Counted from the stretch's first letter, positions 15,634 through 23,108 are shown. The stretch is 24,000 nt of DNA from Thauera sp. UBA6194 (GCA_002422685.1 DITC01000022.1:565-24564), one strand, 5' to 3'. Notes: generated from the sequence alone by a model not told the origin. Program-made: numbers and translations.

Positions 15634-16552
15634 CGTGCTGCATGCGTGCGTTTTCAGCGAGCAGCACGGTCGCGGCCTTTTCCCGTTTGGCAAGCAGCGT
15701 CAGGCGGACCCGGTCGAAAACGATGCCTCCATGCCGCGAAATGAAAGGGAGCTTTTCATCCAGCGCATGGCGCGGGGTGAAGATCGCGCGGACAGGATCA
15801 ACGTTGGCGATTTCGCTCACCCATTCATTCAGAATCTTAATGTTGAGGTCCTGCAGCTTCGCGTCCGTGTGCCAGTTCTTACCGCAGGCGCACTGCCCCA
15901 ACAGGTAAAGCTGCCCGGCGCGGCCATCGACGCTCTTCTTCCAAGCGACGATGTCGAGGCCCTGTTCCTTTGCCCGTTGAGGGGATGGGTCTTCCGGGTT
16001 GCCTTCCTTTGGGCCCCATTTCCATTCGCCGCACTGATCGCCAGTGGCCTTGCGCAATTCTTCGATCGCGCCTTTAAGCGTGGTTGCACTGCCCCGTGGG
16101 CGGGGCCAGCCAATGCGGTAGGAAGCCGCGTCGTCGCCCAGGTAGGCTTCGGCGATCAGGCACGACAGCGCCTCGAACGTGCGGGGGAGAAGCCGCTTTC
16201 GACCGGTCGAGTAGTCCTCCGCCAGACTCACTAGCAGAAGAAGTTCGTACAGTTGAGGATCTGCGGGGACGTGAATCAAACGGCTTCCCACGTGGCGAAA
16301 GGGGTAAGCGTCGCCCAAGAGCCGGGCACGGCGTTCGATCTCCGTCGCAGCTTCGGCCTCTGCCTCCTCAAGGGCCTTGTCGCGCTCCAATGCATTGTTG
16401 CCGCGTGGATAGTCATCATCGGCGCCAGAGAGCTTCTCATCGATGATGCCGGCGCTTATAGGGGCCTCACCCATCCGCAGCGCAGCAAGCTCGGCCTGAT
16501 CTGCATTTTCGGTCGGGTCGGTGCGCCGTGGCGCGCGTTTGCGCCTAGCCAT
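15611..16552 (-). CDS. Putative PD-(D/E)xK (Mrr-like) nuclease with an Arg-rich N-terminus
   Basis: Track ORF 15611..16573. ATG 16552 is preferred because a GAGGAGG sits 9 nt upstream; ATG 16573 is the alternative. The pattern FEALSCLIAEAYLG ... QGLDIVAWKK ... GQLYLLGQCACGKNW resembles restriction-endonuclease (Mrr_cat-like) cores. Its start overlaps the upstream ParB-like gene by 8 nt, and its 3' end overlaps the vsr 3' end by 23 nt. Confidence 0.5.
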   Translation of the reverse strand: MARRKRAPRRTDPTENADQAELAALRMGEAPISAGIIDEKLSGADDDYPRGNNALERDKALEEAEAEAATEIERRARLLGDAYPFRHVGSRLIHVPADPQLYELLLLVSLAEDYSTGRKRLLPRTFEALSCLIAEAYLGDDAASYRIGWPRPRGSATTLKGAIEELRKATGDQCGEWKWGPKEGNPEDPSPQRAKEQGLDIVAWKKSVDGRAGQLYLLGQCACGKNWHTDAKLQDLNIKILNEWVSEIANVDPVRAIFTPRHALDEKLPFISRHGGIVFDRVRLTLLAKREKAATVLLAENARMQHVMQLCMA

Positions 16553-17735
16553 TCGGCATCGCCTCCTCGCCATCGTCCAACGCTTTCATGACCGCGGCTT
16601 GCAGGGCGCTTGCCATGTTCCGGATCTTCAGCACTTGCGACAGCAATTCCGCCGCTTGCGCAGAGCTTGGCGGAGACTCCGCAACCAGCTTTACCAGATC
16701 CCCAAGGTTCTTTTCAGCTTCATCGAAGCCTTCCGAAATGCGCTCGTTTGCCGGCTGCAGTTCGGCCTCGATTTCGTCGACCGTGTAACCCTTGCGAACC
16801 AGCTTGAAGCGGGTATCGTCCGCAATTGCGGCCGCGTAGTCTCCGATCTGCCGGGAGTCGTCGATTGCGGGGTGGCCATCTGGCACGTCACGGTTGCCGA
16901 GCAGGCGCAGAAACACAACTCTGGCGTCTTCGAGGTGACTTTCCGGAATAGGGTCGGGGCGGGGAATGTCCGAGATTCCAAGCCGCTTGCGCACTGCCGG
17001 ATAGCCCAAGAGGGTGTAGACCCACGAGAAGGCAAAATCGGCATTGCTGCCCCGTCCCTTTCTGTAGCTGGCCTCGGGGTTGAACAGTCCGCATTTGATC
17101 AACTGATCGACCACGTTGTAGCCATGCAGAAGCCGGGCGATCGTCTTGTGCTGGTCGCCTGTCATCCGCGAAATGTCGTCGAGGGAGAGATCTCCGTCGC
17201 GTACGACCCGCGCGATCCATGCGGCTTTCGCATAGGAATCCCACGGCATCGATGCGGCCAGGTGCCGCACGCCCAGATAGGAGATCAGCTCTTTGGGCGA
17301 CTCACCTTCATTGAACCAGATGACTGGAATCTGGGTGATCGGCGGTTGTTGGTGGCTCTCCTGCAGTTCCTGGTAGCTCTGCGTCCGCTTGGCCTGATTC
17401 TTTGCACGCGGCTCGCCGGCAAGGACGAGGCATGCGGCCAGGCGGCGGTTGCCCTCTACGACGCGGTACTTGCTGGATTTCTTCTGCTTGATGGCAATTA
17501 CCGGTTCGGCCGGAAAGTAGCCGTTGACCGCCAGCGAGCTGATCACGTCCTCGATGCCGTAGTCGCCGACGATGCTGTCGAGGATTTCAATCTGGCTCGT
17601 CTTGGTTCCATCCGCATTGCCAAAGCGTGGGTTCTCGGGATCGAGCTCGAGTTTGTCGAGCTCGATCATGTCGATCGGCTTTTCGTCCTTAGCAAAGATT
17701 GATTGCTGGCCCGCCGGGGCTGCCTTCTTGGCCAT
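16545..17735 (-). CDS. ParB/Srx N-terminal domain protein (ParB-like NTPase/nuclease fold) with HTH-like middle and helical C-terminus
   Basis: Track ORF 16545..17777. ATG 17735 (MAKKAAP) is preferred because an aggaa sits 5 nt upstream. IELDKLELDPENPR...YRVVEGNRRLAACLVL is the ParB N-terminal box. LSLDDISRMTGDQHKTIARLLHGY looks like an HTH. Confidence 0.75.
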   Translation of the reverse strand: MAKKAAPAGQQSIFAKDEKPIDMIELDKLELDPENPRFGNADGTKTSQIEILDSIVGDYGIEDVISSLAVNGYFPAEPVIAIKQKKSSKYRVVEGNRRLAACLVLAGEPRAKNQAKRTQSYQELQESHQQPPITQIPVIWFNEGESPKELISYLGVRHLAASMPWDSYAKAAWIARVVRDGDLSLDDISRMTGDQHKTIARLLHGYNVVDQLIKCGLFNPEASYRKGRGSNADFAFSWVYTLLGYPAVRKRLGISDIPRPDPIPESHLEDARVVFLRLLGNRDVPDGHPAIDDSRQIGDYAAAIADDTRFKLVRKGYTVDEIEAELQPANERISEGFDEAEKNLGDLVKLVAESPPSSAQAAELLSQVLKIRNMASALQAAVMKALDDGEEAMPNG

Positions 17736-17853
17736 TTGCGTTCCTGGTCTTGACGTGCCATTGGGCAAATCGCCCACTCTGAATTATGGCAATGGTCTAT
17801 GTTTTTTTGACTTTCCGGGAATAATATCTGCCGGCGCCTAGTGTCAAAGTCAA

Positions 17854-18246
17854 TTACAGCGCACTTTCCTGACGCCGCGCCGGGTAGTCGCGGGCGGCAT
17901 CCTTTGCTTTCTCGAGCACGGCCACGACGCCGAAGTCGTCGGTCTGAGTGAGCAAGGCATTGATCTGCTCGATGCGCTCCTCGCGTTGGGTCTTGGGGCG
18001 AAGTTCGAGCACCTCTCCCGCGCTCGCCGGGCCCGGGGCCACCAGTAGCTCGGCGGGCTGGCGACCGAATGCCGCCGCGATGGCCGTGAGTTTTTCCACG
18101 GTGATGTTTCCATCGCCGTTCTTTGCCCGTTGTACCGTCCCAAACCCCACACCCGACTTCACTGCGATCTTCTTGAGCGTATCCAGCGCCGGGGTCGCCG
18201 CCATCCAGGCGGTGAGGTTCGCTGCGATGACTTGTGCAGTGTCCAT
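17854..18246 (-). CDS. XRE/cI-like HTH transcriptional regulator
   Basis: 130 aa. LDTLKKIAVKSGVGFGTVQRAKNGDGNITVEKLTAIAAAFGRQPAELL is an HTH_3-type motif. Divergent from a Cro-like gene. No SD upstream, so the transcript may be leaderless. Confidence 0.8.
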   Translation of the reverse strand: MDTAQVIAANLTAWMAATPALDTLKKIAVKSGVGFGTVQRAKNGDGNITVEKLTAIAAAFGRQPAELLVAPGPASAGEVLELRPKTQREERIEQINALLTQTDDFGVVAVLEKAKDAARDYPARRQESAL

Positions 18247-18248
18247 AA

Positions 18249-18297
18249 ATGGATTGTCCGCAAACTTTCAATCCATGTGCGGGTATTGAGAATACCC
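18249..18297. promoter_or_regulatory. Divergent control region with two different perfect palindromes (candidate operators) and a sigma70-like promoter for the Cro-like gene
   Basis: atggattg-N12-caatccat spans 18249..18276. gggtatt-gag-aataccc spans 18281..18297. TTGAGA (18286..18291)-N17-TAGCAT (18309..18314) places a transcription start within a few nt of ATG 18323, and the second palindrome overlaps the -35. Confidence 0.55.
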
Positions 18298-18322
18298 ATA
18301 TCTGGGTCTAGCATCGATCCCC

Positions 18323-18583
18323 ATGAACACCTTGCCTTCTCTCTACGGCTACGTGATGGCTTGGCTGCGCTCGCGTGCGATACCTCAACGTGAGGTGGCG
18401 CGCGGCTCGGAGGTTCCGTTGTCGACCGTCACCAAGATCGCCCAAGACGTAATCGCTAATCCCTCCGTGCCCACCATCCAGAAGCTCTACGACTACTTCC
18501 GCGGTCGCGGGCTCGCAGGTGGAAAGGACGAGCGGTCCTGCGCGGGCCACTACACACCGGGGTCATCGGAGGACGCCGCGTGA
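18323..18583 (+). CDS. Cro/antirepressor-like small HTH protein
   Basis: 86 aa. IPQREVARGSEVPLSTVTKIAQDVIANPSVPTIQKLYDYF is HTH-like. Divergent from the cI-like gene. Confidence 0.65.
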   Translation: MNTLPSLYGYVMAWLRSRAIPQREVARGSEVPLSTVTKIAQDVIANPSVPTIQKLYDYFRGRGLAGGKDERSCAGHYTPGSSEDAA

Positions 18584-18735
18584 CTCCTGTGCAATCGGTG
18601 AAGCGGGAACGGTTCGCAGCGAAGACTTGCGCCCCGACATGGACTGCGCCTACCTGCGGGGCACCGGTCGCCGGTCGATCGCGAACGAACACCATGAGGC
18701 CGCGTGACGCGGCACAACCCCCGAGGATCAATCGC

Positions 18736-19086
18736 ATGTCTAGCATCGTCGTCATCCATGGCCCGCAAGGCTGCGGCAAGACCCGCAACGCGCAGGCGCT
18801 CGCCGCGCACTCCGGCTATAGTCGCATCGTCGATGACTGGGACGGCCGGTCGAAGATCGAGGATGGCTGTCTTGTCCTGATCAACTCGATTCCCTTCGGA
18901 TTCAAGGTGCCCCCATTGCCCGTCGGCTTTCGGGGCGCGGCGCTGGTCGATGAAGCGAGCGCTCACCATGGTTTGCACAGGGTGCGCTCGAGCATGGTCG
19001 CGGGTGGCGCGACATTCGGTGAAAAGGAGTTTCAGCGAGGTGCGGTGTGCTTTCGATGGGGGGGCAGCCGGACGGTCGGAGAGTAG
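18736..19086 (+). CDS. Small P-loop NTPase-like protein
   Basis: Internal ATG 18736 of track ORF 18580..19086, with a gagga RBS 8 nt upstream. The Walker A motif is VIHGPQGCGKT. The GTG 18580 alternative overlaps the Cro-like stop but would add a non-protein-like N-terminus. The C-terminal third is poorly protein-like. Confidence 0.5.
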   Translation: MSSIVVIHGPQGCGKTRNAQALAAHSGYSRIVDDWDGRSKIEDGCLVLINSIPFGFKVPPLPVGFRGAALVDEASAHHGLHRVRSSMVAGGATFGEKEFQRGAVCFRWGGSRTVGE

Positions 19087-19360
19087 AGCAGAACAGCCAA
19101 GTAGAGCAGTTCTTCGACTGCTCTACCGGCCTCAAACCAAGCAACCATGCGGGTTCCAGCGGTTTGAGTAGAGCAGTAGTGCAGTTTTTGAGAAAAGGTC
19201 AGTCGGGGAAAATCCTGACCGCCCAATCCCCCTCTACCTTCCTTTTCCCTCCTTCCTCCTCTTTCTCTATTTCTCCTCTACTCTCCTCTACTTTCTTCTT
19301 CAAACCCTTATAGATAAAGGGATTGAGAGGAGTAGAGGAGAGAGTAGAGCAGTAGAGCAG
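19083..19360. repeat. Iteron-like array (GTAGAG core, both orientations): candidate replication origin
   Basis: gtagagcag occurs at 19083, 19101, 19168, 19344 and 19352. gtagaggag occurs at 19332. Inverted copies are ctgctctac at 19118..19126, ctctac at 19232, and ctcctctac at 19273 and 19283. An 8-bp inverted repeat is ctcaaacc (19131..19138) / ggtttgag (19161..19168). The region lies just downstream of the primase-helicase gene. Confidence 0.65.
19222..19312 (+). repeat. 91-nt G-free polypyrimidine tract (plus strand), followed by a small AT-rich palindrome and a purine-rich mirror segment
   Basis: No G occurs from 19222 to 19312 (cccaatccccctctaccttccttttccctccttcctcctctttctctatttctcctctactctcctctactttcttcttc...). 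Then comes cccttatagataaaggg, then gagaggagtagaggagagagtagagcagtagagcagaaggggg (19325..19367). Confidence 0.9.
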
Positions 19361-19388
19361 AAGGGGGCAGCCGCCTACCCCGTCGAAG

Positions 19389-19442
19389 AAAAAACCGGAC
19401 ACCCGTTCCCAGGCGCAGGCTCATGGCCTGCGGACTGTCCGG
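19389..19442 (-). terminator. Rho-independent terminator of the primase-helicase operon
   Basis: The minus-strand RNA is CCGGACA...GCAGGC-CAUGA-GCCUGC...UGUCCGG followed by UUUUUU. It starts 3 nt after the stop codon at 19445..19447. Confidence 0.6.
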
Positions 19443-19444
19443 CC

Positions 19445-21940
19445 TCACCCCTCGAGGAGGTCGCTGCCGCGATTCTCGAACTTGAGCGGCGGCACCCACC
19501 AGCACGGAGAGCCGTTGGTGTAGCCGCACTTGTCGCCTACCAGCATCTTCAGCGCCGCGGCGGCATCTTTGGATTGCGGGTTGGTCGGCGTCTTCACCCC
19601 CAACAGCTTCAGCACGCCGCTCGCCGACAACCTCTTCCATTCAGTTTTCGGCGCGGTCATGTCCAGTACCGAGGCGAGCATGTCATGGATCGCGCTCCGC
19701 ACGACGTGGCCGGCATTGCAGGCCTCGAGCTGCGCCTCCTCCTCACGGACCAACCACCAGCGCTCACCCTCCTCGTACGCAGCCGCGACCTGTGCCCACA
19801 GCTGCTGCAGGTCGAGACCATGCTCGTAGTCGACCGCGGTGACCGGCACCGTCCACCAGCGCACGTTACCTGTGTCGTCGCGCAGGAACTCCTCGGGGTT
19901 CACCGACGCGAAGAACACGGTGCGTCGCGGGAATTCGGAATCGACCCGTGCGTACGGCAACCGGACCTTGTCGGTGCGCTGGCTGATGAAGGCCTTCAGC
20001 ATCGCCACGTCGGCGCGGTTCATCGTGGAATCGACCTCGCCGAGCTCGACGATCCAGTGGCTGACGGCCGTCTTCACGCTGTCGCGATTGCTCGGGTCCA
20101 GGTGCATGCCGAGGTGGACGTAGTCGGCGAAAGCGTCCGGCAGGAGGTTGGCCACCCAAGGCGTTTTCCCGATGGACTGCGGACCCTGAAGCACCAACAC
20201 ACCCTTCGAGTAGAAGCCGGCGGTCTTCATTGCTGCAGCCACAGCGCTGATCAACCAGCGACGCACAACCAGATCCCGCAGCGACTGCGGGAAGCCCGGA
20301 CGCACGGTCAGCGTATTGCACAGCTGCGCGACTCGGTCCTTGCCGTCCCAGGGCTTCGACTTGATCCAGTCGGCGACCGTGTTACGCGGGCGCTGGAACG
20401 CCGTGGTTACCGCATACTCTGCGGCCTTCTCTCCGTTCAGGTCGTTGAGCGCGGCGAGGGATGTCACCCAGGACAGCGCGGCGTTGTCGGCCTGGTCGGG
20501 GCACACCTCGAGGCCCGGAAGCCGGAGCGAGGCCTTTTTCCGGATCACGTCGTAGAACACTGTGATGCCGTAGGCCTCGAGCAGCCGCTGCGTGTTTTCC
20601 ATCGTGTTCTTCAGGCTGATAGTGTTCTCCGTCATCGTGCAATGCGGAAACGCAGCCGGACTCAACGCCGGCACAGGGAGCCCATACGGAATGAACTCCT
20701 TCAGATCCACGTCACCCGGACGCGCCAACACAGCACGGGGGGCGGCCACGAGGCGCCGCGCAGCCGCAATCCCCGTCGGCCGGCCGAGGTTCGCAAAGCG
20801 CCTGCTGATCGCTTGTGCAAGCTGCTCCCGCTGCGTGCTCGACACATCGGCGGCCCGGATCTCTGCGGAGATAGGCCCCTCGATCTCGACCTGGTCGGCC
20901 GAGGCGATGCGGGCGAACCAATCGCGCTCCTGCACCACTGCTGCGCTGGCTGCTGCCTTGCGCTGCGCCCGATACGCGGCCCAGTTGTCCAGCCCGACCC
21001 AGTCCTTCAGCGACCCGACCGTGATCAGGCCCCCGGCGCGCTGTTCGTGCGCTTCTTCCCAGATCGCCGGCACGACGCCGGTCACGTACTTCACCGACTT
21101 CGATGACCACACGTCGACGATCTCGAGCGCCTCGAGCGCCTCTTCGGTGCCATGGAACTGGTGGTGCGCGGCGAAGATCACGTTGCGCCACGAGTCGCGA
21201 TCGTCGCAGTAGTCCTGCGGCAGCTGGTCCAGCATCCAGCGCAGCGCCTCGAGGTCGACATCGTCGTGGCGGTTCTTCACCGCCTCGAAGGGGTCGTCGT
21301 CCCAGGCGGCACCGGCGGTGGCCGAGCCCTTCACGGTCCAGTCTGCAGGGATTAGCGTGGGCAGCTCCTCGCGCACCCAGGCGGCCACCGCGTCCAGGTC
21401 GATCGTGGGCAGCATCCACAGCTCTTGATCCTCCAGGCTGCCGTTCAGCCACTGGTAGGGCTTGTGGGTGTCCGGGTGGATGCCGTAGGCGACGAACTGC
21501 TGGCCGATGCCCAGCACCTCGACCTTGTTCTCCTTCTCGCCCTCCTCCGGGTTCGGCCGCAGCCACACTGCCGAGTTGATCTTCGTGCGCGGCTCCGCGG
21601 CGGCATACACCAGCAGGCGCTTGGGCGCGCGGCCGATGCGGCACGGCGCCTCGCCGAAGCGCGCAACGAATGCCTCATACACCCGGGCGGCGACCGCCGG
21701 GTCGTAGAGGTCCAGATCCACCGCGGCGAGGGTGCCGGTACGCAGGCCGACGTTGAGGTGCCCCTGCCCGTTCGCTGCCCAGTAGGCGATCTGGTCGCGG
21801 TGCAGCACGGCGTCCTGCCAGCCGGGCACCATCCCGCTGGATCCGTCCGGTTTCCGACCCTTCCCGAAAACAGGAATCGGCTCGAAGCCCTGCGCGAGCA
21901 GCTTCGGGCCAAGGGATGCGTAATTCTGCGGGGCGTTCAT
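19445..21940 (-). CDS. Primase-helicase (Prim-Pol/AEP N-terminus, PriCT-like middle, VirE/D5-type P-loop C-terminus)
   Basis: Track ORF 19445..21970. ATG 21940 (MNAPQNY) is preferred because a gaggggg sits 8 nt upstream and it forms an ATGA overlap with the upstream gene. The N-terminus LLAQGFEPIPV...NVGLRTGTLAAVDLDLYD is Prim-Pol-like. DSWRNVIFAAHHQFHGTEEALE is PriCT-like. The Walker A is LQGPQSIGKT (~20162..20186). VRLPYARVDSEFPRRTVFFASVNPEEFLRDDTGNVRWW is VirE-like. Confidence 0.88.
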   Translation of the reverse strand: MNAPQNYASLGPKLLAQGFEPIPVFGKGRKPDGSSGMVPGWQDAVLHRDQIAYWAANGQGHLNVGLRTGTLAAVDLDLYDPAVAARVYEAFVARFGEAPCRIGRAPKRLLVYAAAEPRTKINSAVWLRPNPEEGEKENKVEVLGIGQQFVAYGIHPDTHKPYQWLNGSLEDQELWMLPTIDLDAVAAWVREELPTLIPADWTVKGSATAGAAWDDDPFEAVKNRHDDVDLEALRWMLDQLPQDYCDDRDSWRNVIFAAHHQFHGTEEALEALEIVDVWSSKSVKYVTGVVPAIWEEAHEQRAGGLITVGSLKDWVGLDNWAAYRAQRKAAASAAVVQERDWFARIASADQVEIEGPISAEIRAADVSSTQREQLAQAISRRFANLGRPTGIAAARRLVAAPRAVLARPGDVDLKEFIPYGLPVPALSPAAFPHCTMTENTISLKNTMENTQRLLEAYGITVFYDVIRKKASLRLPGLEVCPDQADNAALSWVTSLAALNDLNGEKAAEYAVTTAFQRPRNTVADWIKSKPWDGKDRVAQLCNTLTVRPGFPQSLRDLVVRRWLISAVAAAMKTAGFYSKGVLVLQGPQSIGKTPWVANLLPDAFADYVHLGMHLDPSNRDSVKTAVSHWIVELGEVDSTMNRADVAMLKAFISQRTDKVRLPYARVDSEFPRRTVFFASVNPEEFLRDDTGNVRWWTVPVTAVDYEHGLDLQQLWAQVAAAYEEGERWWLVREEEAQLEACNAGHVVRSAIHDMLASVLDMTAPKTEWKRLSASGVLKLLGVKTPTNPQSKDAAAALKMLVGDKCGYTNGSPCWWVPPLKFENRGSDLLEG

Positions 21941-22356
21941 GGCAGCACCCCCTCGGCGGCAAGCCCGCAAGCAATCACGAACTCTTCCTCGGCCGTGCCG
22001 ATGGTGATGTCGGCGAGCCGATAAACGGCGTAGCGAACCCGTTCAAACCGATTCGCACCCGCGACGAGTTCGGTCTCGATCGACCACCCGGCATCCCTCA
22101 AGCGCTTGATGTAGACGGACGCGCGCATCGAGCGCGCCAACCCGTCGAAGCGCCGATGCGTCACCTCCGCCTCAACGAGGAGCTGGCCGAGAAGTTGGCC
22201 GGCGCAAGTCCAGGGCCGGGGGAAGATCAGGCCATCGGACGACACACTCCACGTTGCGGTGTGTGGTAGAGTTTCGGCGTGAATTTGGCTCACATTTGAG
22301 CTTAGCGCCCGGATCGGTCCCCCAACCGTCCGGGCGTTTTCATTTGCGGTGGTCAT
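21937..22356 (-). CDS. Hypothetical protein (replication operon)
   Basis: Internal ATG 22356 of track ORF 21937..22530. It has ATGA overlaps with both neighbours (22353..22356 and 21937..21940). 139 aa. No motif recognised. Confidence 0.6.
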   Translation of the reverse strand: MTTANENARTVGGPIRALSSNVSQIHAETLPHTATWSVSSDGLIFPRPWTCAGQLLGQLLVEAEVTHRRFDGLARSMRASVYIKRLRDAGWSIETELVAGANRFERVRYAVYRLADITIGTAEEEFVIACGLAAEGVLP

Positions 22357-22616
22357 GCGGCACCCCGCTGCAGCAGCGCGTCGATCTCGTCGGCAGGCCA
22401 AACGAGGCGGCCGCCCGGAACCGCGGCGTTCTCGTTGGATCCACCACCCAGGCGAATCGGCTTGACCCCGTAGAAATGGCCGTTCCGCCAGAGTGCGGTG
22501 CGAATGGATGCAGGCTTGACGCCGGTGCACTTGGCAACATCGGCGGTCGAGTAGCCGCGAAAGGCGAGTTCGTGCTCGACCTGGTTGGCCGTGCGGGCGT
22601 TTTGCTTCTGGGACAT
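22353..22616 (-). CDS. AlpA/MerR-type HTH DNA-binding protein (second Xis/AlpA-like gene)
   Basis: 87 aa. GYSTADVAKCTGVKPASIRTALWRNGHFYGVKPIRL...GRLVWPADEIDALL. First gene of the minus-strand replication operon. Confidence 0.7.
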   Translation of the reverse strand: MSQKQNARTANQVEHELAFRGYSTADVAKCTGVKPASIRTALWRNGHFYGVKPIRLGGGSNENAAVPGGRLVWPADEIDALLQRGAA

Positions 22617-23011
22617 GTCGGGACTCTCCGAACAGTGCAGAGAGTCCGCCGGGGCGGGATTACGCGACCAACAGGCGGACTCGTTGCAAGTCCGCTGCTA
22701 CCACCACCGTCGTGTGGGTTGTCGCGACAGTACAGGATTCAGGGGTTCCACCGGCAGCGTACCGATCGCGCGCCCTCTGATCCTGCGCCCTCTGCACGGC
22801 GGCGGTGCTACGTGCTCGGGGTCTGACTATGCTTCGCCAGCGCCGGCCCGCCGCGGCCCTCGCTGGTCCGGTTCGGCCGGATTCCTCGCGGCAGTCTATC
22901 TGCTTTGACGAGAGCAATGCAAATCTCGCCGATCTCGGATGAATGTCCGCCACTAGACCACCAATCAGCAGCACCGACACCCCCACTCGACTAGCCAAAA
23001 CGCGGCCGGAT

Positions 23012-23054
23012 CGTTCCCCGCTTTTTCTGGATTCGTTCCCCAGTCGTTCCCCGA
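23012..23054 (+). repeat. cgttcccc repeats (candidate integrase arm-type sites, tRNA-proximal arm)
   Basis: cgttcccc occurs at 23012, 23034 and 23045. The 25-bp block 23030..23054 is identical to 177..201. Confidence 0.7.
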
Positions 23055-23064
23055 GCCCAGGAAG

Positions 23065-23092
23065 CAAAAACGCCAACCCCGAAGGATTGGCG
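23065..23092 (-). terminator. Rho-independent terminator of tRNA-Thr, located inside the island
   Basis: The minus-strand RNA is CGCCAAUCC-UUCG-GGGUUGGCG (9-bp stem with one G-U pair, UUCG tetraloop) followed by UUUUUG. It begins 16 nt past the tRNA CCA end. Confidence 0.8.
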
Positions 23093-23108
23093 TAAGCGCT
23101 TGAATCTA

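Noticed and set aside
16521-17702. 393-aa plus-strand ORF opposite the ParB-like gene
   Set aside because: There is no motif and the composition is R/L/V/G-rich. The minus frame carries the ParB N-terminal box, a good RBS and coupling to the next gene.
18580-18735. GTG-initiated 52-codon extension of the P-loop ORF (GTGA overlap with the Cro-like stop)
   Set aside because: The extension (..KTCAPTWTAPTCGAPVAGRSRTNT..) is low complexity, and ATG 18736 has a proper gagga RBS. It is kept only as an alternative.
19047-19402. ORFs 19047..19313 (+) and 19199..19402 (-) across the iteron and polypyrimidine region; a CRISPR array was also considered
   Set aside because: Their translations are low-complexity artefacts of the Py/Pu tracts (SSSFSISPLLSS / EKEEEGGKRK). 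The repeats are 6 to 9 bp, irregularly spaced and in both orientations, with no spacers or cas genes, so this is not a CRISPR array.
19574-21106. 510-aa plus-strand ORF, plus 20712..21644 (-) and other frames inside the primase-helicase gene
   Set aside because: These are shadow ORFs. The Prim-Pol, PriCT-like and Walker A/VirE-like motifs are all in the 19445..21940 minus frame.
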